DNA from: an uncultured Nitrososphaerota archaeon
Lineage (GTDB): Archaea; Thermoproteota; EX4484-205; JAAOZP01
Assembly: GCA_964416155.1 (NCBI GenBank)
Contig: CAYQCW010000016.1
Coordinates: forward strand, 1-32,678
Reading direction: 5' to 3'
Length of the DNA: 32,678 bases
In this document: positions 1 to 8,973 of the stretch, in pieces
How positions within the stretch are numbered: the stretch's first letter is position 1
How the letters are laid out: every line of letters starts with the position of its first letter
Translations under genes and position numbers: made by a program
The notes under the pieces: model-generated
Seen by the model: only the letters and a program-made list of their open reading frames with translations
Database searches by the model: none
Told to the model about the DNA's origin: nothing

Positions 1-176
1 CCAATCGGGCAATACGGCCTAAGCCTGCAGAAACTCTTCGGATGCGTTATCCCAGTGTAAGAGGTACCCTTGATGCATTTATCAACTAAACATGTTTCAA
101 TCAAGCAGCCAATACAGGGTTTCTTTAAATAGGTGCAACCCGCACAATTAAACCCACATTTACCTATCTTCAACAA
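1..176 (-). CDS. 5' part of a Cys-rich metal-binding protein (DUF3795-like), runs off window start
   Basis: Not in ORF track. Manual minus-strand translation from TTG at 176 (or 173) gives (M)LKIGKCGFNCAGCTYLKKPCIGCLIETCLVDKCIKGTSYTGITHPKSFCRLRPYCPIG..., open to position 1, with a CGxxCxxC...CxGC pattern. Confidence 0.6.
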   Translation of the reverse strand, partial: MLKIGKCGFNCAGCTYLKKPCIGCLIETCLVDKCIKGTSYTGITHPKSFCRLRPYCPI

Positions 177-275
177 AAATACCTTTCATTTCTAGAATTT
201 AAGCAAATATGTTGATTATTAAGACCCAGCCTAGCTTTTTAAAATAAGTTAGAAATATAACAACAAGCATTAAAA

Positions 276-368
276 TGCTCCGGCCGGGATTTGAACCCGG
301 GACCCCCGGCTGTCTTCAACTCAGATGTTCGAAAGGCCGGTATGCTTACCGGGCTACACCACCGGAGC
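276..368 (-). tRNA. tRNA-Glu (anticodon UUC) with an 18-nt canonical intron (312-329)
   Basis: Reverse complement folds as a tRNA: acceptor stem GCTCCGG/CCGGAGC + discriminator A, anticodon stem CCGGC/GCCGG, loop CT-TTC-G[intron AACATCTGAGTTGAAGAC]A, T-arm CCGGG-TTCAAAT-CCCGG. No CCA encoded. Confidence 0.95.
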
Positions 369-649
369 CTGGGGAGGCTTCATGAGAAGGGGAAAATAAA
401 TCTTTTCAGGTGCTTTTACCGTTGTTATTCGGCATGGTGTTGGTTGAAACTCGGGATGCTGTTTCTACATGTCTTGCCCGCCTACTTTCTTTATTAGGGT
501 TTGCCATCTTCATAGCGTGCGCGATGCTCCGCCTGATGTGATAAAAATTGACTGGGTTATTGATAGGGTCTCGCCGCCGTAATCAAACCAGTAGAGCGTG
601 TATCAACGTTTAAGCTATGCGTTCGCATTTTTTCTATTTCTTTATTTCC

Positions 650-3600
650 TCACTTAACTATTTTAATGTAAATCTTCTCTCCTTCTATGTCACACTCTTT
701 CAAAGCTTCCCTGTCGCTAGGAGCCTCTTTTTCAACCTCTACTTTCTCAGCTCTAACTAGGCTTGAAAGCTCTGGCAACAGTGGCTTCAGCCTCGCGTAG
801 CCTTCTTCGCCGACCCCGTAGACTGTTACACTGTTTAAAATATCTGTCGGGTTTAGGCCGAGCTCCTTCCTGTACGCCTGTATTCTTCTTGCAACATCCC
901 TCATGTATCCTTCCGCGACGAGTTCCAGTGTTCTCTCAGTGTCCAGTATGGCGTAGCCTGGTTTACCCTGCGTCATCACATGGTTTTCGGGCGGCTCGTG
1001 TTCGAAAACAAGGTCCTCAAGAGTAAGCTCGAAGACTTCTCCGTCTGCTTCAACAACGTACCTCCCCTCTTTCTCAATGCTTCTCCTAGCTTCCTCAGGC
1101 CTGGTTGCGACGAGGCTGGCTACTTTCCCAATTCTCTCCTTGAACCTTGGCCCCGCCGTGGAGTAGTTTATCCTAGCTCTCGTCCTAACGCCTGCCTCCT
1201 CAAGGCTTTTCTTCACCATGACTTCCTTAACGTTAAGCATCTCCAAAATCAAGCTGATGTTTCTCTCAACGCTTCCGGAGTATCCTTCGTCAAGAACTAG
1301 TATCGCTCTCTTAAGCGGCCATCTTCTCTTAACCCCAGCCTTCATCCTAGCCCAGTTCACCATGCTAACCACTTCATCAATCCTTTCGAAATCCTTCTCA
1401 AGCTCCTCGTTCACAAGACTCCTGTCCGGGGTTGGCCACTGCTCAAGGTTCACCGACTCAGCCGTGTCCCCGCTGAACCTTTTAACAACCCCTTGGTGCA
1501 CGGCTTCAGCGAGGAAAGGCGTCAATGGATTCGTAAGCCTGTTAACAGTGTTTAGAACATGGAAGAGTGTGGCGTATATGGTCATTCTTCTCTCAAAGTC
1601 CTCCGGCGCGTCGCTCCAGAGATCCTTCCTAACCATGGGCACATACTGTCTGCTAAGCGTTTCAACAATGAACTTCTCCAGCGCCCTTGCAGACTCATGA
1701 ATCCTCATGCTTTCAAAGCCTTCCGTCACTTTTTCCACAAGCCTCTGGAGGCATGAGAGAAGCCATTTCTCCGAGTCTTTAACAACTCCTTTCTTCAAGG
1801 CCCATTCAAGGCTGTATGCGTCATAGCTAAACTCGTCGTACTCCGCGTTCTGCTTGAGCAGCTTCCCCAGGTTGAAGAACGTGTTTAAAACCTGGAATGG
1901 TCTTTCCATCATCTCCTTGAAGCTGAAGTTAATGTTCTCCAGCGGGTTCGTCTTCCAAAGAAGGTAGAACCTGCAAAGGTCTGCAGAGTACCTTGTTATA
2001 ACGTCCTCAGTGTTTATAACGTTGCCCAGGCTCTTGCTCATCTTGTTCCCCTTCTCGTCCAGAACCTGCCCGTAGAACAGGAACGCCTTGTATGGTGCCT
2101 CAGCCCTGTTCTTCAATATAATGTTTTCAACGAGCAGTGTGAAGGCCCATCCTCGAGTCTGATCTATGGATTCAACTAGGAACTCAACCGGCACATACTG
2201 TTCAAACTCCTGGTCACTCATGCTCGCATAAGGCGCGGCCCCACTGTTGTGCCACGTGTCCAGTACGAAGGAAACCCTGTGCATAACTCCTCCACACTGG
2301 CATCTCACCTTAACCCTGTCTATCCAAGGCTTGTGGAGCTCGAAGCTCTCCCCGTCAGGCAGGCATATGGCGCGTTCAACAATCTTTCTCCTTGAGGCTA
2401 GGAGCTCTTCCCTGCCGCACTTCTCGCAGACGAATATTGGCAGCGGCGTCCCCCACACCCTCTCCCTAGATATGCACCAGGGCTTACCCTCTTTTATGAA
2501 GGCTAGGAACCTGTTTCTCGGAGGGTAATAGAAGTACTCCACTTTAGAAGCTGCTTCGAGAAGCTTGTCCACGATCCTGTCAAGCCAGTAGAAGTACTCT
2601 GTCCTAGCTAGCCATATGAGCCTGTGCTTAGACCTCCAGCACAACGGGTATTCGTGGACAATCCTCTCATACTTAACCAGGAGACCCTTCTTTTCCAGAA
2701 CATCTAGAACAACCTGGTCTGCATCCCTTGCGAAAAGCCCTTTGAAGAAGCCTGCTTCCTCAGTGAAACTCGCCTCATCGTCGAACGGTGAGAACACGGG
2801 TATTTTCATTCTCTGCGCCACTTCAAAGTCCTCCTCACCGTTCGCAGGCGCAAGGTGAACCACCCCGGTCCCAGTGGTGACGTCAACGAAGTCTGCTGTA
2901 ACTATTCTGTGTATCCGGCTGTCCTCCTGCTCAAGCCTCTTCTGATATGGAACCTCCTCCAGCAGGGGGTAAACATACTTCTTGCCCTCCAGCTCAATCC
3001 CGGGAAAGGCTTCTTCAACAGTGTAGTCAGAAACCCCAAGCTTACCCATCAGGGTTTCAACAAGGCTTCCAACCATTATCCATTTCTCGCCACCGATACT
3101 GACCCTTACGTACTCCGCCTCAGGGTTCACTGCGAGAAGCTCATCAGTAACGATCGTGAAAGGCATTGTAGTCCATACTAGAATATAGTCTCCTGTTTCA
3201 AGCCTAACCTTGAAGTACACTGAGGGGTCTTCAACCATGCTGTACTCCTGCCCGACTTCAGCGTTGCTCAGAGAAGTCTGGCAGCTCGGGCAGTATGCTA
3301 CAACCCTGTAACCCTTTCCTAGAAGTCCCTGCTCATACGCCTTCTCAAGATACTTCCACTCTCTCTCAATATACTCATCCTTATACGTCAAGTACTCCTT
3401 CTCATAATCCATGGACATACCGAACCTCCTGTCAACCCTCCTCCAGTCCTCATGATACTTGCTCAGAATCTTCTTTATCTCGTCGACAAACCTCTCCTCT
3501 CCAAGTCTTTCAAGAGCCTCCTTCTTATTGGAGAATCCAAGTTCCTTCTCAGCCTCAATCTCAACCGGAAGCCCCTGCGTGTCCCAGCCCGCCCTGAAAA

Positions 3601-3859
3601 GCACGTAATAGCCCTGCATCGACCTCCACCTGTACCATAGGTCCTTAATCGCTCGTCCCCATGTGTGACCGACATGACAACGACCGTTTAGAGTCGGAGG
3701 CCCCTCAACATAGCCCATTTTCCCAATGTTGTTCTCCAGCCTCAGTTTCCTCTGCTTCTCAGGGATCTTGTTCCCCTCCCAGAAGCCTATAACCGTGTTT
3801 TCAAGCTGTTGCGGACTATACTCGCCGTCGAACATTTTCGCAAACTCGTCTTTGGGCAT
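650..3859 (-). CDS. ileS: Isoleucine--tRNA ligase (archaeal/eukaryotic type)
   Basis: 1069 aa; GPPTLNGRCHVGH (HIGH), GWDTQGLPVE, WTTMPFT, GTGVVHLAP, WCISRER, DQTRGW, KMSKSLGN. Confidence 0.95.
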   Translation of the reverse strand: MPKDEFAKMFDGEYSPQQLENTVIGFWEGNKIPEKQRKLRLENNIGKMGYVEGPPTLNGRCHVGHTWGRAIKDLWYRWRSMQGYYVLFRAGWDTQGLPVEIEAEKELGFSNKKEALERLGEERFVDEIKKILSKYHEDWRRVDRRFGMSMDYEKEYLTYKDEYIEREWKYLEKAYEQGLLGKGYRVVAYCPSCQTSLSNAEVGQEYSMVEDPSVYFKVRLETGDYILVWTTMPFTIVTDELLAVNPEAEYVRVSIGGEKWIMVGSLVETLMGKLGVSDYTVEEAFPGIELEGKKYVYPLLEEVPYQKRLEQEDSRIHRIVTADFVDVTTGTGVVHLAPANGEEDFEVAQRMKIPVFSPFDDEASFTEEAGFFKGLFARDADQVVLDVLEKKGLLVKYERIVHEYPLCWRSKHRLIWLARTEYFYWLDRIVDKLLEAASKVEYFYYPPRNRFLAFIKEGKPWCISRERVWGTPLPIFVCEKCGREELLASRRKIVERAICLPDGESFELHKPWIDRVKVRCQCGGVMHRVSFVLDTWHNSGAAPYASMSDQEFEQYVPVEFLVESIDQTRGWAFTLLVENIILKNRAEAPYKAFLFYGQVLDEKGNKMSKSLGNVINTEDVITRYSADLCRFYLLWKTNPLENINFSFKEMMERPFQVLNTFFNLGKLLKQNAEYDEFSYDAYSLEWALKKGVVKDSEKWLLSCLQRLVEKVTEGFESMRIHESARALEKFIVETLSRQYVPMVRKDLWSDAPEDFERRMTIYATLFHVLNTVNRLTNPLTPFLAEAVHQGVVKRFSGDTAESVNLEQWPTPDRSLVNEELEKDFERIDEVVSMVNWARMKAGVKRRWPLKRAILVLDEGYSGSVERNISLILEMLNVKEVMVKKSLEEAGVRTRARINYSTAGPRFKERIGKVASLVATRPEEARRSIEKEGRYVVEADGEVFELTLEDLVFEHEPPENHVMTQGKPGYAILDTERTLELVAEGYMRDVARRIQAYRKELGLNPTDILNSVTVYGVGEEGYARLKPLLPELSSLVRAEKVEVEKEAPSDREALKECDIEGEKIYIKIVK

Positions 3860-4192
3860 TTTTCACAACACTTCGCAAACATGTTTCTTTCATACTCCTC
3901 CTTAAAAGTATTCCTTCTCGAAAAGATTTTATTATTCCGGTCCGGCACACATGTCTTCTTAATGCACGTGTCCAGCACCACCTTTATCTCCCGTCATTCT
4001 AAGTTACTATTAAGAAAAATAGGAGAAGGTTTATGGTCTGTAAAGTATTAGAAATCCGGAAGGCAAGAAATTCTTGTGTTGCAGGAAACAGGAACGTAAC
4101 GCAAGCCCCTAGCGACCGAAAGAAAATACGTGATTCAGTTTACAACAAAGACTCGTCTCAAACTTTATTAATTGCTTAAGAAACTGATCATC

Positions 4193-4556
4193 ATGATGTG
4201 TTTAAATGGGTTATGCGCCTTTATTTGGCCCTAAGGATGAATCGGTCCGCAATATCGATGAAGCGAAAAGGAAATTCACATGCGTAAATGCTACTGTGCT
4301 TGGCGATGTCTCTCTAGAACATCATAGGGCAGGCCTTATTGAGGACTCCTTCTTTGGAGAATCGTCTAAGAAAATATGAGTTTTTCCAGTTCTGGTGTGA
4401 AAAGGAATTTTCTCTTCCGAAGGATTTTCTGAATAAAAGATTGGAAATTGATTTCAAGGCATAGATACGGTGGCGACAATCTGGCTTAATAACGACTCGT
4501 TAGGTAATACTACAAACATGTTTGTTGAACATTCCTTCGAAATATCAGGTTTTAGC
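4193..4556 (+). pseudogene. Decayed N-terminal fragment of a GH2 beta-mannosidase-like glycoside hydrolase
   Basis: Fragments across frames with stops and frameshifts: MMCLNG..., VNATVLGDVSLEHHRAGLIEDSFFGE*, FWCEKEFSLPKDFLNKRLEIDFK/(G)IDTVATIWLNNDSLGNTTNMFVEHSFEISG. These match the GH2 N-domain pattern A-T-V-P-G...G-x-I-x-D-P-F / F-x-G-x-D-T-x-A-x-V-x-L-N-G...N-M-F in the correct order. Confidence 0.75.
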
Positions 4557-4895
4557 GAGCAATACCTCCAGTTCGCTCCCCATCTCAACACCTGACTCCG
4601 ACGGGTAATAAAATCTTTAAATCGGGCCTCATGGTTTGGGGATTAAACCTCGCAGAAACAGGGGATTTAGGCTGATTGCATAAGCTGAAACCCTTGGTAA
4701 ACCAGAATCTCTAGTTAAGCCTTCCATGGGGTTTTTCCAAGCATCGGAAACGCGTTTCAAAACCCTTTCAAACCCATTTTCAACGGGAGATAAGGCTGAT
4801 TCTTAAGACTTTATCGATTTTAGTCAAGAATTTTAACCTTTTCCATTTTAAAAGACTTATTAATCAGTTCATTTAACTCAAAGGGGGTAATTTAA

Positions 4896-5126
4896 ATGTC
4901 GGAGGAACTGTCCCTAGCGGCGATGTACAGGATTCTCCGGAAATCCGGGGGAGAAAGAGTAAGCGAGGAGGCTGCTGAAGAACTATCCAGAATACTTGAA
5001 GACATAGGCACGAGAATCGCCAGAGACGCGGCGCAGCTCGCAGTCTTCGCCAAGAGGAAGACGATTCGCGCGGAGGACGTTAGGATGGCTGCTAAACGCT
5101 ACGTGTCTCAGATTGCTAGTGGGTAA
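4896..5126 (+). CDS. Archaeal histone (HMf family)
   Basis: 76 aa; aligns ungapped to HMfA/B (R10, G16, ERVS, RKTI-AED); GGGGGT RBS-like run upstream. Confidence 0.95.
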   Translation: MSEELSLAAMYRILRKSGGERVSEEAAEELSRILEDIGTRIARDAAQLAVFAKRKTIRAEDVRMAAKRYVSQIASG

Positions 5127-5193
5127 GCCAGCGTAAATCCGATGGGCGTGTGGATCCGCGTCGAGAAGGCTCAACAGTTATCCCGCTCTTTAG

Positions 5194-5821
5194 ATGGTGA
5201 AAGCAATTATAATTACCCCGAGTGACTCAGGAACCTGGTTTTTATTAATTAACAATTTTGAAATTATCGATATCAAGGATGAGCATTTCGAGCAAATCTT
5301 TAAGATGATTGCTAAATTTGGCGTGCCGACCGAAGCTGAACATTACGAAAGTGTTGAGAAGCTCAAAAAGCAAATGGAGGATGAGAAACGGGGCAAGTTG
5401 CTTGAGTGTCGTTCAGGTGAGCTCGTCGGTTTCATCTTCTACTGCTCGGAATACGTATGGCCCTTGGAAGTCTAAGTTCCATGGGAGCACTGAGATAGGG
5501 TGCATCTCCAACATAATCGTGCATCCCGGCTTTCAAAGTAGAGGGATAGGCAGCAGGCTTGTGAAAGCCGCCAAAGCCTATCTTGCTGCGATGGGAGCTC
5601 GCAGGGTGACTTATCGTAAGCAATGCAAACCATGCGCTCGGGCTTTCTTTAAGAAATTTGGATATTCTATCTCTGGGCGAACGAATGTGGTTGGGTTTGA
5701 AAGAATTCTGCAAGCCAAATTTCAGGCGCCTGGTTCTTGTCACGAACCTGAGCACACGCTCCGAATCTCCCTCAGCTTGGTCGATCCAGTCCGCGCTTCT
5801 CTCAACCATATGCAATTTTAA
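5194..5821 (+). pseudogene. GNAT family N-acetyltransferase split by a frameshift (~5440-5475)
   Basis: ORF 5194-5475 supplies the N-half ending ...GELVGFIFY; the overlapping +1 frame supplies motif A ISNIIVHPGFQSRGIGSRLV and motif B ARAFFKKFGY. Confidence 0.75.
5745..5809 (-). pseudogene. N-terminal stub of a HEPN-domain protein
   Basis: MVERSADWIDQAEGDSERV resembles the first helix of archaeal HEPN proteins (W-x-x-Q-A-x-x-D-L); similarity ends after about 20 codons. Confidence 0.45.
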
Positions 5822-5901
5822 GATAATTGTCTGTACACATAATTGTTTCTAAATAGAATGTATTGTAAAAATGGTTCCCGCTATGCTTTCGCGCACTCAA
5901 G

Positions 5902-6339
5902 CTATATGTCCAAAAGAGCCTTAATCCTCGCTTTTCCAGGAGACTCCTCTATCTCCATGTCGTGAAGGGTTACTGCCTTAACGTGCGTGCCGCTAGTGTG
6001 CCACCCGGGCTTAAACCTTTCACCCTTCATAACGGCTTTAAGAACATACTTGCTGTTCTCCCTTTCTATTTTCACGTCGAAAACCGAGAAAACCGTCTGC
6101 TCGGCGTCAAGCCTGATCAGGATTGATTCCAACCACTTATAAAAAAGCATTTGAACATCCTCCGCCTCGATAGTTTCCTCGGCAACAGTCTCCGGCCTAA
6201 TCCTTGAAGGATCTGTGACAATATTTGTTAGGCCAAGGGCAGCGTTTTCAAAAGCTTCCTCCAGGTTCTTCCCATATGCTTGAACGTAGATATCTGAAAC
6301 GTGTTCCGGATAATCGTATTTCCCAGGACACGGCCTCAT
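5902..6339 (-). CDS. Archease (RtcB tRNA-splicing ligase cofactor)
   Basis: EHVSDI...AYGKNLEEAFENAA, KAVTLH, C-terminal LDI. Confidence 0.93.
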   Translation of the reverse strand: MRPCPGKYDYPEHVSDIYVQAYGKNLEEAFENAALGLTNIVTDPSRIRPETVAEETIEAEDVQMLFYKWLESILIRLDAEQTVFSVFDVKIERENSKYVLKAVMKGERFKPGWHTSGTHVKAVTLHDMEIEESPGKARIKALLDI

Positions 6340-6420
6340 GGGAAAACTATTTTTCCTGAGCAGTTTAAAACCTTTTCACTATGTTCGTCCCGGAACTGTT
6401 ATTAGATTGAACACTTTATG

Positions 6421-6452
6421 CTTAAATACGGTTACTTCACAAGGTTAACCGT
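6421..6452 (+). promoter_or_regulatory. TATA box plus palindrome ACGGTTA-N11-TAACCGT before thiW
   Basis: CTTAAATA at 6421-6428; inverted repeat 6428-6434 / 6446-6452 overlapping the likely GTG start at 6451. Confidence 0.5.
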
Positions 6453-7029
6453 GGCCAGTAGAAACCTGTCTAAAAAAGTATCGTTGTCAGCAGCCTTGTC
6501 GGCGCTGGGGGTAGTGATATCTCCCTTGGGCTTCGAGTGGCTGGGCTCAAGGGCGTTTCCTGGACAGCACTTTATAAACGTTCTTTCAGGGATACTGCTC
6601 GGACCTGCTTGGGGAACCCTAATAGCTATAATAATAGGGTCGATTAGAATAGCCTGGGGCACAGGAACGATCTTCGCATACCCGGGGGGCATACCTGGAG
6701 CCGTCACAGTGGGTTTGGCTTTCCTAGTTACTAAACGCCTTAAACCTGTGAATCTCAAGTATGCTGCGGCTTTCGCAGAACCCTTGGGCACAGTCTTCAT
6801 CGGCGCCACCATCTCTCTTTTCATAGTAGCTCCCTTAACTGGACCCGCTGTCGGACCAGCAGCAACAATGCTGCGAAACCTTCAGTCACTGGGACCAGTT
6901 TTCGCGCTGCTGTTTCTCTGGATTGGATGGGCCCTAAGCTCTGTGACCGGTGCAGTGATCGGATATGTGTTCCTCACCATTGCCGGACGCTACGGGGTTT
7001 TGGAGCCAGTAATAGTTACCCATGACTAA
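6451..7029 (+). CDS. thiW: ECF transporter S component, thiazole-type ThiW
   Basis: Hydrophobic; FPGQHFINVLSGILLGP, RIAWGTGTIFAYPGG and EPLGT motifs; adjacent to thiD/thiC. GTG at 6451 preferred over ATG 6418 because a TATA box lies at 6421-6428. Confidence 0.85.
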   Translation: MASRNLSKKVSLSAALSALGVVISPLGFEWLGSRAFPGQHFINVLSGILLGPAWGTLIAIIIGSIRIAWGTGTIFAYPGGIPGAVTVGLAFLVTKRLKPVNLKYAAAFAEPLGTVFIGATISLFIVAPLTGPAVGPAATMLRNLQSLGPVFALLFLWIGWALSSVTGAVIGYVFLTIAGRYGVLEPVIVTHD

Positions 7030-7582
7030 TCAGCCAGCCGCTATTGATCTTGAGAAGCTGATCGGTAGGAAAACTATAATCTATGGAGAAGTAGGTCGTG
7101 GAAAGACTAGGTTGCTTGAACAGCTTATCGAAAGACTTGTTCAAGCCGGTTTTTCAGAGGAGATAACTGTAATTGACATGGCTCCTCAAAGGATAGGCAG
7201 GGCAGGCGGCCCATTAATGATATCGCGCCTGAGGTTAAGATATCTTCGGCCGGACATTGTTTATGCCCCCCGGATTCAGTCGAGTAACGCAGAGCAGGTT
7301 CTGCAATACGTCAAGCACAACGTTGCGAGAATTACTATGCTCTTAAAGGCTTACCTGGAGAATCCGACAAGGATCCTTGCCATTAATGACCTCACCATAT
7401 TCCTTCAAGGCGGCGAACTTGACGATCTCCTAACAGTGATTAATCATGCTCAAACCTTCATCGGAACTGCTTATTACGGTACAGAGCTTGACGAGGATTA
7501 TGGTTCAGGGGTATCTGAAAGAGAAAGGCGTCTTATAAACATTCTCTTAGGATTTATGGATAACCTTATAAGATTAGATTAA
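7022..7582 (+). CDS. Small uncharacterised P-loop NTPase
   Basis: Walker A GEVGRGKT, candidate Walker B ILAIND; overlaps the thiW stop by 8 nt. Confidence 0.75.
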   Translation: MTNQPAAIDLEKLIGRKTIIYGEVGRGKTRLLEQLIERLVQAGFSEEITVIDMAPQRIGRAGGPLMISRLRLRYLRPDIVYAPRIQSSNAEQVLQYVKHNVARITMLLKAYLENPTRILAINDLTIFLQGGELDDLLTVINHAQTFIGTAYYGTELDEDYGSGVSERERRLINILLGFMDNLIRLD

Positions 7583-8955
7583 TCACTCTTACCTTTCAGC
7601 AGCTCCTTAGAAACATCTACCGCTAGATCCGCCAGTTTTTCAGCATCTTCTCCGAAAACAACTATCATGGGCTCCTTTCCTATGTCTCCCATATGATATA
7701 TCACATCGGGGGCGAAGCCTATTTTTTTAACAGCCTGTTCAACACCCCAGGGTATAGTCATACCCTCCTTACTCTTAATCTCCTCGGGTTCTTGAGACCG
7801 GTCGTAGAAAGAAGCCTTCAACCCCCTTTTCTCAAGAATCCTTAAAACCTCCTCAGAATATTTCACGTTTATTGCAGCCCTTTTCCTAGCATCATGCTTC
7901 ATAATGTTGATCAAGTATTTGGCAAGATGTGAAGAAGCGCCAAATCTGGCGCAACCCACGGCTCTCGCCTGTTTGAAACACTTCACTATCCTTCCGGGGA
8001 AGGCTGCGACGTCCTCAAGGGTTTCAGCGTAAGGTATGGCCATAGCTATGTTCAACCCAACCTCAGGTATAAGCTCTGAGACCTCTGGGCTGGATTCGAT
8101 TAGAACCCTCGCCTTCTCCAAGCTTTTTAAAATCATGAATCTCGAAGACTCGAGATAAAGATGTGCCATGGGGTTTACAGGCCCGTTTCCCCTTCCAATG
8201 TTTAACCCAAACCTTATTCCAAGCGTCACCAGCTCCTTAGCTTTCTTCACGGATTCAAGTATGCTCGCCCCTTTAGCAAGCCCGGCCGCTATGGCTGCTG
8301 AAAAACTGCAACCTGTTCCGTGCGTAGCCCTACTTTCTATCCAGGGTGATTCTAAGGCTTTGAAACTCTCGTTTAAGTATAATACGTCGACGGCGTTTGC
8401 AGCTTCTAGATGCCCACCCTTAACTACAACCGCTTTGGCTCCAATCCTAGAAATCCGGACGGCAGCTTCTTTTACATCATCCAGGCTCCTGATGCTCATG
8501 CCTGCAAGTCTCTCAGCCTCCGGAATGTTTGGCGTGACAACCGTTGCCAAAGGTATGAGATGTTTCCTCAAGGACTCTAAAGCATCCGGTTTCAAAAGTA
8601 GGCCTCCAGACTTCGCCACCATGACAGGATCCACCACAAGCGAGAAGCCGTATTTAGAGACCTCGGATGAAACTGCTTCAATTATCTCCTTAGAATATAA
8701 CATGCCTGTTTTACCCGCATCGATGCCAAGATCCTCTGCTACAACCCTTATCTGCCCGCGGACAATCTCAACATCCACTGGCTGAACTGCCTCAACTAAA
8801 AGCGTGTTTTGAACCGTTACAGAGGTTATCGCGGTAGCTCCATGAACGCCTAAAGCCGCGAAGGTTTTCAGATCCGCCTGAATCCCTGCGCCACCCCCTG
8901 AATCGCTTCCTGCAATGGTGATTGCGACAGGGGCTTTCCTATCAAGAATATTCAT
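7579..8955 (-). CDS. thiD: Bifunctional HMP/HMP-P kinase - thiamine-phosphate synthase (ThiD-ThiN fusion)
   Basis: IAGSDSGGGAGIQADLKT, DPVM, HGTGCSFS; C-terminal ThiN domain IPEVGLN, FGASSHLA, DRSQEP, GKEPM. Confidence 0.95.
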   Translation of the reverse strand: MNILDRKAPVAITIAGSDSGGGAGIQADLKTFAALGVHGATAITSVTVQNTLLVEAVQPVDVEIVRGQIRVVAEDLGIDAGKTGMLYSKEIIEAVSSEVSKYGFSLVVDPVMVAKSGGLLLKPDALESLRKHLIPLATVVTPNIPEAERLAGMSIRSLDDVKEAAVRISRIGAKAVVVKGGHLEAANAVDVLYLNESFKALESPWIESRATHGTGCSFSAAIAAGLAKGASILESVKKAKELVTLGIRFGLNIGRGNGPVNPMAHLYLESSRFMILKSLEKARVLIESSPEVSELIPEVGLNIAMAIPYAETLEDVAAFPGRIVKCFKQARAVGCARFGASSHLAKYLINIMKHDARKRAAINVKYSEEVLRILEKRGLKASFYDRSQEPEEIKSKEGMTIPWGVEQAVKKIGFAPDVIYHMGDIGKEPMIVVFGEDAEKLADLAVDVSKELLKGKSD

Positions 8956-8973
8956 CCGGTTTCACCTCGGCTT

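Noticed and set aside
291-497. 68-aa ORF in the track
   Set aside because: Antisense to tRNA-Glu; no protein features.
3787-3990. IKVVLDTCI as the start of a PIN/VapC toxin
   Set aside because: Only a 6-residue resemblance; the rest has no PIN features and overlaps the ileS start.
3922-4793. Inverted repeats AAAGATTTTATTA (3922-3934 / 4606-4618) and ACGGGAGATAA (3984-3994 / 4783-4793) as MITE ends
   Set aside because: The pairs are not nested, no target-site duplication is evident, the first looks like an ordinary BRE-TATA element, and 11-bp matches can arise by chance.
4640-4835. Replication origin or CRISPR-like repeats (GAAACGCGTTTC palindrome, TTTCAAA(A)CCC repeats, CAGAAACAGGGG)
   Set aside because: No full ORB consensus, no cdc6/orc1 nearby, and no regular repeat-spacer periodicity.
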